Positions 1 through 7,183 of a stretch of DNA of 32,000 nt are shown here, piece by piece. How positions within the stretch are numbered: the first letter of the stretch is position 1; each line of letters begins with the position of its first letter. The notes below the pieces were generated by a model. The model was not told the DNA's origin and searched no databases. It was given only the letters and a program-made list of their open reading frames with translations. This DNA is from Kiritimatiella glycovorans (GTDB taxonomy: Bacteria; Verrucomicrobiota; Kiritimatiellia; Kiritimatiellales; Kiritimatiellaceae). Made by a program: the position numbers and the translations under genes. Location of the stretch: the NCBI RefSeq assembly GCF_001017655.1, contig NZ_CP010904.1, positions 2,190,001 through 2,222,000 on the forward strand, written 5' to 3'.

Positions 1-534
1 CGACATCAGCCTGGCCTGCAGACCGACGTGCGAATCGCCCATCTCCCCTTCGAGTTCCGCGCGCGGCGCCAGGGCCGCTACCGAATCGACGACCACCACG
101 TCCAGCGAATTGCTGCGCACGAGCGCATCGCAGATGTTCAGCGCCTCTTCGCCCGAATCGGGTTGAGAGACCAGCAGATTGTCCAGATCGACCCCGATCC
201 GCTCGGAGTACGCCGGATCGAGCGCGTGCTCGGTGTCGACGAACGCGGCCGTCCCGCCCTGCTTCTGCGCATTCGCGATAATGTGGAGCACGAGCGTCGT
301 CTTGCCGGAGGCCTCCGGGCCGTAAATTTCCACCACGCGACTGCGCGGAACCCCGCCGATGCCCAGCGCCATGTCCAGCGTCAGAGATCCGGTCGGAATG
401 GACTCTACCGGCTTGCGCCGACCCTCGTCCCCCAGGCGGACGATCGCTCCGTCGCCGTATTGCTTCTGGATCTGCGCGATCACCGTGCTGAGCTGCTGCG
501 CGCCGCCGGATTCTTCTTCCTTCTTCTTCGCCAT
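1..534 (-). CDS. recA: Recombinase RecA, N-terminal ~178 aa (3' end runs off the window)
   Basis: My minus-strand translation from the ATG at 534-532 reads [36 protein letters not shown]...[66 protein letters not shown]...DSVAAL. It contains the RecA Walker A and the canonical RecA core. It is absent from the ORF track because there is no stop codon in the window. Confidence 0.95.
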   Translation of the reverse strand, partial: MAKKKEEESGGAQQLSTVIAQIQKQYGDGAIVRLGDEGRRKPVESIPTGSLTLDMALGIGGVPRSRVVEIYGPEASGKTTLVLHIIANAQKQGGTAAFVDTEHALDPAYSERIGVDLDNLLVSQPDSGEEALNICDALVRSNSLDVVVVDSVAALAPRAELEGEMGDSHVGLQARLMS

Positions 535-632
535 CGAACGTTCTCCCGGTTGGCCCCGCGCCCCTGCCGAGGCTTTATCTTGCTGATTGTGAACGATTTG
601 AGAACAGATCGCGGGGCATCATGTAAGACGGC

Positions 633-662
633 ATACTAAAAGACCCGCACGCGGTATGTCAA
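633..662 (-). promoter_or_regulatory. Candidate sigma70-type promoter upstream of recA (TTGACA-N18-TAGTAT)
   Basis: The minus strand reads GGATTGACATACCGCGTGCGGGTCTTTTAGTATGC about 100 nt upstream of the recA ATG. This is a pattern match only. Confidence 0.3.
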
Positions 663-685
663 TCCGCGCCCGCGAGAGGCAGCGA

Positions 686-817
686 TTCTCATTATGGCTT
701 CACCCTTTTCGGTCGGGGTGGAACCCGACCCTCCCAATGCCCGAAAAGGCGTCGGATATCGACTCGGGAGGGACGGCTGCCACGCCGTCCGCAGTCGGAA
801 TGCGGCCATAATGAGAA
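686..817. repeat. 132-bp nested-hairpin element closed by a perfect 13-bp inverted repeat (candidate structured RNA or MITE-like element)
   Basis: TTCTCATTATGGC (686-698) pairs with GCCATAATGAGAA (805-817). Inner stems are 704-710/743-749 (7 bp), hairpin 711-730 (GGTCGGG-GTGGAA-CCCGACC), hairpin 751-763 (GTCG-GATAT-CGAC) and hairpin 771-790 (GGACGGC-TGCCAC-GCCGTCC). All stems are perfect Watson-Crick. Confidence 0.6.
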
Positions 818-850
818 CTGCTGCGCGAGAGGACGTTACTCATCCTTCCA

Positions 851-881
851 TCTTCTGTGTCCCCTGTGCCCCTTTGTGGCC
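851..881 (-). repeat. Dispersed ~30-bp intergenic motif, copy a (GGCCACAAAGGGGCACAGGGGACACAGAAGA on the minus strand)
   Basis: Near-identical to copies at 16357-16387, 16401-16424 and 23213-23238. It lies between divergent recA and the SIMPL-like gene. Confidence 0.8.
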
Positions 882-955
882 CCTTTTTCTCTCCCTCGTA
901 TTCCCGGCGCGGCCGTGATAGACTTCGCCCGCAGATCACACGAGGAGGCGATAGC

Positions 956-1720
956 ATGAGAGGACGATGGATTGCAGCATGCGTGCTGATCGCGGCCGCG
1001 GCGGCGCCTGTATCCGCGCAGGAGACGATTACCGTCAGCGGCCGGGCCGAATCACTGGAGCCGGCCGACACGGCCTTTGTCTCCATGTACGTCATCGGCA
1101 CGGGCGAAGACATGAGCACGGCGGCGGAAGACGCTGACATGCGTCTGCGCGACGTGCTGGACGCCCTCCCGGAAGCGGGCGGGAACACGGTCCGCGAGCG
1201 CACCGTCTTCGATGTGTGGACGGGCGCGCAGCCGGTGGACTACTTCACGCCCGTGCCGCAGGACGCCCTCTCGCAGCCGCAGGTCATCCGCCGCATCCTG
1301 CTGGAGACCGCGCCCGAGCGCACCGCGATCTTCGGCATGATCGACGACGCCATGTACGCCGGGGCGCGCATGGAACTGCCCGCGCCTCCGCAGGAAGGCG
1401 AGCCGGGCGTGAGTACCTACAAGCATAATCTCGTCGTCTACGGGCTGCGCGACGCGGCCTCCGCCGAGGAGGCCCTGCGTGCGGAAGCCCTGGAGGAGGC
1501 CCGCGCCCGCGCGGGTGAAATGGCGGCCGAAGTGGGCCGGGATCCGGGCGGTATCACCCGGCTCCGCGCGGAATATCACGGCAGGAGCCTCGAACGCGAC
1601 ATGGAGATCCCGCTGCGCTATTCGGGTACGGATGCCGACCGCATCAGGCTGGTCTGCCGCATTGAGGCTACCTTCGCGCTCAAGGCGCGCGAACCGGACG
1701 CAGAAGACGAAGAAGAATAA
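956..1720 (+). CDS. Secreted SIMPL/DUF541-like protein
   Basis: ATG at 956 is preceded by GGAGG (943-947). It has a signal peptide (MRGRWIAACVLIAAAAAPVSAQE). The I-x-V-x-G...PD-x-A pattern and overall layout resemble SIMPL-domain periplasmic proteins. The track ORF start at 857 is an upstream extension. Confidence 0.55.
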   Translation: MRGRWIAACVLIAAAAAPVSAQETITVSGRAESLEPADTAFVSMYVIGTGEDMSTAAEDADMRLRDVLDALPEAGGNTVRERTVFDVWTGAQPVDYFTPVPQDALSQPQVIRRILLETAPERTAIFGMIDDAMYAGARMELPAPPQEGEPGVSTYKHNLVVYGLRDAASAEEALRAEALEEARARAGEMAAEVGRDPGGITRLRAEYHGRSLERDMEIPLRYSGTDADRIRLVCRIEATFALKAREPDAEDEEE

Positions 1721-1773
1721 GGGCCGCGTACGGGACGAGATGCCGTCCGCCGGAAACCGGGATCTTTGACACC

Positions 1774-2462
1774 GGAGTGCGCTGACGCCGTCAGCGCTTT
1801 TTTCAGAGCGGTGACGTAAGTCACCGCACTCCAGAACGCTTCTCGATTCTCTCGCCACCCTTCTCGCGGTCTGGAGTGCGCTGACTCAGTCAGCGCTTTT
1901 TCCAGAGCGGTGACGCAGGTCACCGCACTCCAGAACGCTTCTCGATTCTCTCGCCACCCTCTCACGGTCTGGAGTGCGCTGACGCCGTCAGCGCTTTTTC
2001 CAGAGCGGTGACGCAGGTCACCGCACTCCAGAACGCTTCTCGATTCTCTCGCCACCCTCTCACGGTCTGGAGTGCGCTGACGCCGTCAGCGCTTTTTCCA
2101 GAGCGGTGACGCAGGTCACCGCACTCCAGAACGCTTCTCGATTCTCTCGCCACCCTTCTCGCGGTCTGGAGTGCGCTGACTCCGTCAGCGCTTTTTTCAG
2201 AGCGGTGACGTAAGTCACCGCACTCCAGAACGCTTCTCGATTCTCTCGCCACCCTTCTCGCGGTCTGGAGTGCGCTGACTCAGTCAGCGCTTTTTCCAGA
2301 GCGGTGACGCAGGTCACCGCACTCCAGAACGCTTCTCGATTCTCTCGCCACCCTCTCACGGTCTGGAGTGCGCTGACTGAGTCAGCGCTTTTTCCAGAGC
2401 GGTGACGCAGGTCACCGCACTCCAGAACGCTTCTCGATTCTCTCGCCACCCTTCTCGCGGTC
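1774..2462 (+). repeat. Tandem array A: 7 units of a 98-99-bp double-hairpin (REP-like) repeat
   Basis: Units start at 1774, 1873, 1971, 2069, 2168, 2267 and 2365. The unit core is GGAGT-GCGCTGAC-N3-GTCAGCGC-T5-6-CCAGA-GCGGTGAC-N4-GTCACCGC-ACTCC, followed by a conserved 38-39-nt linker. Confidence 0.95.
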
Positions 2463-2564
2463 CTCAGCGATCCTGCGGTGTTGCGCATAAGAATTCCGTT
2501 AACCATCCCTTGCATGATGCCGCGTGCTTGATCCTTTCATCGCACCGCTTGATAATTGCTCTTC

Positions 2565-3107
2565 ATGAACGCTCCCGCCGACTACTGGCCTCACGCTCCC
2601 ATGCATCGTCTCTCTGAGAAAGGCGGTTATATGGTCACGGCGGGTATCTATCAGAAACGGCCGATCCTGAATACGCCGGAGAAGCGTACACTCGTGATGA
2701 AACAGCTGTTCGAATCTGCGAACCATTTCGGATGGAGGCTGCAGGCGTGGGCCGTGATGATTAATCACTACCATTTTGCCGCCCTTTCGCCCGAGGATCC
2801 TTCCAATCTGACCCGGATGATTTCCTCGATCCATAAGTGGACCGCCCTCGAACTGAACCGAATCGATGGTATGCGCGGCCGCCGGGTCTGGCACAATTAC
2901 CGCGAGACGCATGTCACATTTCAGACATCGTGGCTGGCGAGACTGCGGTACATTCATCAAAATCCGGTTCATCACGGGCTCACGGACCATGCTGCCAGCT
3001 ACCGGTGGTGCTCGCAGGCGTGGCTTGAGCAGAAGGCGAACCGGGCCTTTGTGCATACACTCAGCCGGATCAAGACCGATCGCATTCATGTCGCGGATGA
3101 GTTCTGA
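2565..3107 (+). CDS. rayT: REP-associated tyrosine transposase (RAYT; IS200/IS605 TnpA-like HUH/Y1 family)
   Basis: It carries the HUH motif in VMINHYHFAAL and the catalytic-Tyr motif LRYIHQNPVHHGL. Its size of ~180 aa and its position between REP-like arrays also fit. The track start at 2556 is TTG; the ATG at 2565 is preferred. Confidence 0.8.
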   Translation: MNAPADYWPHAPMHRLSEKGGYMVTAGIYQKRPILNTPEKRTLVMKQLFESANHFGWRLQAWAVMINHYHFAALSPEDPSNLTRMISSIHKWTALELNRIDGMRGRRVWHNYRETHVTFQTSWLARLRYIHQNPVHHGLTDHAASYRWCSQAWLEQKANRAFVHTLSRIKTDRIHVADEF

Positions 3108-3119
3108 TTGTCGCGGCCT

Positions 3120-3550
3120 GGAGTGCGCTGACGCCGTCAGCGCTTTTTCCAGAGCGGTGACGCAGGTCACCGCACTCCAGAACGCTTCTCGATTCTCTCG
3201 CCACCCTCTCACGGTCTGGAGTGCGCTGACTCCGTCAGCGCTTTTTTCAGAGCGGTGACGCAGGTCACCGCACTCCAGAACACTTCTCGATTCTCTCGCC
3301 ACCCTTCTCGCGGTCTGGAGTGCGCTGACGCCGTCAGCGCTTTTTTCAGAGCGGTGACGTAAGTCACCGCACTCCAGAACACTTCTCGATTCTCTCGCCA
3401 CCCTTCTCGCGGTCTGGAGTGCGCTGACTCCGTCAGCGCTTTTTTCAGAGCGGTGACGTAAGTCACCGCACTCCAGGACACTTCTCGATTCCCATCGCCG
3501 CCCTTCTCGCAGTCTGGAGTGCGCTGACTCCCTCATCGCTTTTTCAATCC
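3120..3550 (+). repeat. Tandem array B: 4 full units plus 1 decayed unit of the same 98-100-bp repeat
   Basis: Units start at 3120, 3218, 3317, 3416 and 3516. The last is degenerate (GGAGTGCGCTGACTCCCTCATCGCTTTTTCAATCC). Orientation is the same as array A. Confidence 0.95.
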
Positions 3551-3554
3551 ACTT

Positions 3555-3752
3555 CTACGCTCCCCGATCGCGGCAGAGCGCGCGGACGGACCGGTTGTAG
3601 GTCGCCTCCCCTTCGGCGCTGAAAAAGCAGCCGGGGATCTCGCCCGCGGCGCGGTGCATCCTGACGCACTCACAGCACAGCCCCTTCTTTCCGCATGGAT
3701 AGGTGCAGGTGCATTCCGCCTTGTTGCGTTCAATATTCGGACAGTCGGCCAT
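3555..3752 (-). CDS. Small cysteine-rich protein (65 aa, 9 Cys), uncharacterised family
   Basis: ATG at 3752 is preceded by GGGAGG. Sequence is MADCPNIERNKAECTCTYPCGKKGLCCECVRMHRAAGEIPGCFF, with a C-x-C-T-Y-P-C...C-C-x-C pattern reminiscent of small conserved Cys-rich DUF proteins. I recall the name DUF6485 but cannot verify it. Confidence 0.5.
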   Translation of the reverse strand: MADCPNIERNKAECTCTYPCGKKGLCCECVRMHRAAGEIPGCFFSAEGEATYNRSVRALCRDRGA

Positions 3753-3788
3753 CGTTGCCTCCCATGTCTGACATTGCTCTGCTCGAAT

Positions 3789-3818
3789 GAAAAAGCCGGG
3801 GCCTGTGAGGGCCCCGAC
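3789..3818 (-). terminator. Rho-independent terminator downstream of the pseudopilin pair
   Basis: The minus strand reads GTCGGGGCCCTCACAGGCCCCGGCTTTTTC. This is a 7-bp GC stem with a 6-nt loop and a T-run, located 23 nt after the stop at 3841. Confidence 0.7.
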
Positions 3819-3840
3819 CTTACGCCATGATTCCGATCAA

Positions 3841-4380
3841 TCAGTCCCAGGAATTCAGGTCGTCGGTATTGTCCCCCCCGCCCTGATCGTTCTGGTTCGG
3901 ACCGCTCGACCAGACCGCGACCGAGCGGCCTTTCAGATTCACGGACGGCCCCGCCGTGATCTCGTTGTCATAATTGCCGTCGTACGCCACCTGATACTCC
4001 TCGCCCCACGGATCGACGAAATCACCGTCGTCGAGACTCTTCTCGCCCACTTCGAGAAAGACGATGCGCCGCGGGTTATCCTCGCTGAGATCGGCATCGT
4101 CATCGGCGCGGAGGATATTGACGAGCTGCTCGTCCGTACTGAACGTGCCGTCCGACGCGCCGGTCTGATTCGGATACTTCCCGTACTCGCTCTCGTACGC
4201 CTTGACCGCCATTTCGATCGACTTGATCTCCGTGCGCGCCTTGGCCTTCTGCGCGTTCTCCTTCACCTTGGAGACACCGGGCACCACGATCGCCATCAGG
4301 ATCGCGATAATCCCGATCACCGTCAGAAGCTCGATCAGTGTAAACCCGTCACGACGTTTTTTGCTCTGCTCTTCCATCAT
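3841..4380 (-). CDS. Type II secretion/type IV pilin-like pseudopilin (prepilin-type N-terminal cleavage/methylation domain)
   Basis: MMEEQSKKRRDGFTLIELLTVIGIIAILMAIVVPG is the canonical G-FTLIELL prepilin motif. ATGATG at 4380 is preceded by GGGAGGGG. The track start at 4530 overlaps the upstream gene and was rejected. Confidence 0.85.
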   Translation of the reverse strand: MMEEQSKKRRDGFTLIELLTVIGIIAILMAIVVPGVSKVKENAQKAKARTEIKSIEMAVKAYESEYGKYPNQTGASDGTFSTDEQLVNILRADDDADLSEDNPRRIVFLEVGEKSLDDGDFVDPWGEEYQVAYDGNYDNEITAGPSVNLKGRSVAVWSSGPNQNDQGGGDNTDDLNSWD

Positions 4381-4391
4381 CGGCCCCTCCC

Positions 4392-4889
4392 TCACTGATT
4401 CACGTAGATGTTGTCGCGGTTGTTCAGACTGTCCCGGTCCTGATTGGGACTGTCGTCGCCGTCCGGTCCGACGGACCAGAGTTCGTAGCTGTAACGGCTC
4501 AGCCGGTTGTAGCGGTACTGGCTGCCCCACGGATCGATGAGCCGGATTTCATTTCCGACCTGATTGGTGCAGGTCAGCGCCATCGGCATGCGGTACAGCC
4601 GGAGAAGTCCTTTGCCATCCGCTTCGCCCTCGCTGTCCCCCACATCCTTGCGAAGAAATTCCAAGGTGAGATTTATGTAGTTTCCGCTGTTCTCCGGGTA
4701 GCGCCCCAGCTCGATTCTGTACTCTTCGAGATAGTTGCCGATCTCCTGCAGATCCGCCTGCGCACGCGCCTCGGCCGCCTTTCGGGATGCATACCCCGAA
4801 ACGCCGAGCACGATCCCCGCCAGCAACCCGATGATAGCCATCACCGTGAGCAGCTCGATCAACGTAAATCCCGCATATCGCCTTTGCAT
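4392..4889 (-). CDS. Type II secretion/type IV pilin-like pseudopilin (GspG/PulG-like)
   Basis: MQRRYAGFTLIELLTVMAIIGLLAGIVLG prepilin motif. ATG at 4889 has an upstream GGGGGAGGG. Confidence 0.85.
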   Translation of the reverse strand: MQRRYAGFTLIELLTVMAIIGLLAGIVLGVSGYASRKAAEARAQADLQEIGNYLEEYRIELGRYPENSGNYINLTLEFLRKDVGDSEGEADGKGLLRLYRMPMALTCTNQVGNEIRLIDPWGSQYRYNRLSRYSYELWSVGPDGDDSPNQDRDSLNNRDNIYVNQ

Positions 4890-5019
4890 CGGCCCTCCCC
4901 CGTGACTTGCAGGCTTTCAATATAAGCGCTGTTGCGATACCTGTATAGGTCAAAACGATTCTGAAGGAAGAAGGAAGAATCAGAGTCAGAGGAAGAGGAA
5001 GAGTCAGAGGAGTGGAGCG

Positions 5020-5826
5020 GTGAAGTATTATATAGCTGAATCAAAAATCGGACGGGCGATTTCGCGGGCGCGCTTTCTGATAGCGCTGGGGATCGCAGCG
5101 GGGGCGGCGGCGAACGCGGGGGCCCACTTTCAGACGCTGCTTCCCGCGCCGGCCCTGGTCTCGGAGGCGAACGAGGTCAGGTTCGACATCCGGTTCACCC
5201 ATCCGATGGAAGGCGGGCCGGTCATGGATATGAAGCCGCCACGGCTCTTCGGGGTACTCACGCCCTCCGGCCGCCGGGATCTCACGGAGGACCTGCAGGC
5301 CCATGAACTGGACGGAGTAACCCGTTATTCGGCGCGCGTCCCGATGCGCGAACCCGGCGATCACATCTTCTACCTCGAACCCGCTCCCTACTGGGAACCC
5401 GCCGAGCAGAAGATGATCATTCATTACACCAAAGTGGTGGTCAACGCGTACGGCCTGGAGCAGGGTTGGAACCGCACGGCGGGACTGCCGGTGGAAATCA
5501 GGCCGCTCACCCGCCCCTATGGCATCTGGGCCGGCAATCTGTTCCGCGGCGTGGTCCTGCACAAAGGCGAACCCGTACCCCACGCGGAAATCGAAGTCGA
5601 GTACTGGAACGAGGACGGGACAGTAAAACCGCCTGCCGCACCCTACATCACCCAGGTGATTCATGCCGACGCCGACGGCGTGTTCGCCTACGCCATGCCG
5701 CGCTCCGGCTGGTGGGGGTTCGCCGCTCTCCTGGACGGGGAGGAACCCATGCTCAATCCGGAGGGGGAGAACGTCGACGTAGAACTCGGCGGGCTGATCT
5801 GGATTTATGCGGACGATATGGAGTGA
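5020..5826 (+). CDS. DUF4198/COG5266-type periplasmic metal-binding component of Ni/Co ECF uptake (NikK/CbiK-like)
   Basis: It has a signal peptide (RARFLIALGIAAGAAANAGAHF). The AHFQ-L-P start of the mature protein, the HPMEGGP motif and the Ig-like C-terminal half resemble DUF4198. It sits immediately upstream of cbiM/nikM. The start is GTG, and its position is uncertain. Confidence 0.6.
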   Translation: MKYYIAESKIGRAISRARFLIALGIAAGAAANAGAHFQTLLPAPALVSEANEVRFDIRFTHPMEGGPVMDMKPPRLFGVLTPSGRRDLTEDLQAHELDGVTRYSARVPMREPGDHIFYLEPAPYWEPAEQKMIIHYTKVVVNAYGLEQGWNRTAGLPVEIRPLTRPYGIWAGNLFRGVVLHKGEPVPHAEIEVEYWNEDGTVKPPAAPYITQVIHADADGVFAYAMPRSGWWGFAALLDGEEPMLNPEGENVDVELGGLIWIYADDME

Positions 5827-6011
5827 GGGGAATGTGCGTTTGAGGGATGAAACCTGAGACCTGAGTGAGAGTGAAGAATCGGTATTCACTACGTTAGAGA
5901 GTGAGTCAGAATCAGAGTTAGAATCAGAGTTGAAGTGCGGGAAGGGTATTGGATTTTCGCCGCGCCTGCCACGAATCGCCCACGCCGTTGCCGCGAAAGT
6001 CACGAGGCTTC

Positions 6012-6638
6012 ATGCATCTCGCCGAAGGCATACTGAGCGCCCCGGTCCTCGCCTGCGGCGCCGCCGCGACGGCGGCGGGCACCGCGGCGGGACTTAAGGC
6101 GATGCAACCGGACGACATCCCGCGCACGGCTGTACTGACGTCCGCGTTTTTCACCGCCTCGCTGATTCACGTGCCGCTCGGGCCCGCCAGCGCCCACCTC
6201 GTGCTCAACGGGCTCTGCGGCCTCCTGCTCGGATGGATGGCCTTCCCCGCCATTCTCACCGCCCTGCTCCTGCAGGCGCTGCTGTTCGGATACGGGGGGG
6301 TCACGGTCCTGGGAGTCAACGCCTTCAACCTGGCTCTCCCCGCCGCCCTGTTCGGCACGCTCCTGCGTCTCCCCCTCAGGAATCCGCGCGGGCTGCGGAC
6401 CGTCTTCGCTGCGGGATTTGCCGCAGGCGCCCTCGCCCTCGCCGGAAGCACCCTGCTGGCCGCGCTGAGCCTGGGGCTTTCCGGCCGCGAGTTCCGGGCC
6501 GCCGCCGCGCTCCTCGTCGCCGGCCATGTCCCGCTGATGATCGTCGAAGGGTTCGTCACCGCCTCCGCCTGTCTCTACCTCTATCGCGTCCGCCCCGAAA
6601 TGCTGGGGGCACCTCCGGGAGGCGAACATGAAACCTGA
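6012..6638 (+). CDS. cbiM: ECF-type Co/Ni transporter substrate-capture membrane protein CbiM/NikM
   Basis: It has the MHLAEGIL N-terminus (the N-terminal Met-His needed for metal binding in CbiM/NikM) and is polytopic and hydrophobic. The ATG at 6012 is preferred over the track start at 5949. Confidence 0.8.
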   Translation: MHLAEGILSAPVLACGAAATAAGTAAGLKAMQPDDIPRTAVLTSAFFTASLIHVPLGPASAHLVLNGLCGLLLGWMAFPAILTALLLQALLFGYGGVTVLGVNAFNLALPAALFGTLLRLPLRNPRGLRTVFAAGFAAGALALAGSTLLAALSLGLSGREFRAAAALLVAGHVPLMIVEGFVTASACLYLYRVRPEMLGAPPGGEHET

Positions 6639-7086
6639 AACCGTATGGATCTCCATCCTGATCCTCTTCCTCTTCGTTTCGGGCGCGGCGGCGCACCGTA
6701 TACACGTGTTTGCCTCGCGCGAAGGCCCGAACGTGGAAGGGCGTGTCTACTCCTCTTCGGGGCGGGGAATCCGCGCGGACGTACGCCTGTACGATGCAGC
6801 GGATGACCTCGCAGCGCGGACGCAGACTTCGGAGAACGGCACCTTCCGGTTCGACGGACTCGACACGAAGGTGACACGCGTGGAAGCGGTGACTGACGAC
6901 GGCCACCGCGCGGAACGCGCGCTGAACCCCGTCCCCGGCGGAGCCCCCTCCGAGTCGGCCGTATCCGCCCCCGAGCAGGGGATACGCCTCCGCGACGTGA
7001 TCGCCGGGCTCGGCACTATCGCCGGCCTCGCCGGCCTCGCTCACTTCTGGAGTACGCGGAGAAGGGCGCGGGGCGGGAAGACCTGA
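6628..7086 (+). CDS. Two-TM accessory membrane protein with a carboxypeptidase-regulatory-like beta-sandwich (NikL-like, putative)
   Basis: ATG at 6628 is preceded by GGGAGG and overlaps the cbiM end by 11 nt. It has an N-terminal TM (VWISILILFLFVSGAAA), a GRVY...NGTFRFDGL motif and a C-terminal TM followed by an RRRARGG tail. Its position matches the nikKMLQO-type gene order. Confidence 0.4.
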   Translation: MKPETVWISILILFLFVSGAAAHRIHVFASREGPNVEGRVYSSSGRGIRADVRLYDAADDLAARTQTSENGTFRFDGLDTKVTRVEAVTDDGHRAERALNPVPGGAPSESAVSAPEQGIRLRDVIAGLGTIAGLAGLAHFWSTRRRARGGKT

Positions 7087-7183
7087 TCCCTTCCTCATAA
7101 CCTTTCGACAAACCGCGCCGTATCCCCTACCCTGCAACGTTCTCGCCCGAAATGGACTTACCGAGAGACAGGAGGATTCATTC

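Larger units (their letters stand above)
1774..3550 (+). mobile_element. REP/RAYT locus: RAYT gene flanked on both sides by co-oriented tandem REP-like arrays
   Basis: See the component features (arrays 1774-2462 and 3120-3550, RAYT CDS 2565-3107). Confidence 0.75.

Noticed and set aside
686-817. Cobalamin riboswitch
   Set aside because: A few pieces look superficially similar (GGTGGAACCC, GCCACG, AGTCGGAATGCGGCC versus the B12 box). However, their order and spacing do not fit the cobalamin consensus on either strand, and the flanking genes (recA, SIMPL-like) are not B12-related. By eye it also does not fit the TPP, SAM, glycine, c-di-GMP, guanidine-I, ZTP or fluoride cores. An Rfam scan is needed.
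1618-3536. Minus-strand ORFs through the REP arrays (1618..2055, 1962..2252, 2060..2515, 2499..3536, 3209..3481; repeated MARESRSVLECGDLRHRS peptides)
   Set aside because: These are periodic translations of the tandem repeat. ORF 2499..3536 also runs antisense through the RAYT gene, which has recognisable catalytic motifs on the + strand.
1774-3550. Could the 98-99-bp arrays be CRISPR arrays?
   Set aside because: The inter-hairpin 38-39-nt segments are themselves conserved between units (two variants only), so there are no unique spacers. There are no cas genes in the window, and the arrays flank a RAYT-type transposase instead.
4381-4530. Upstream extension of the first pseudopilin (track ORF 3841..4530)
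   Set aside because: It overlaps the 3' end of the neighbouring pseudopilin gene. The prepilin leader is normally short, and the ATG at 4380 with GGGAGGGG gives a leader of about 12 aa before G-FTLIELL.
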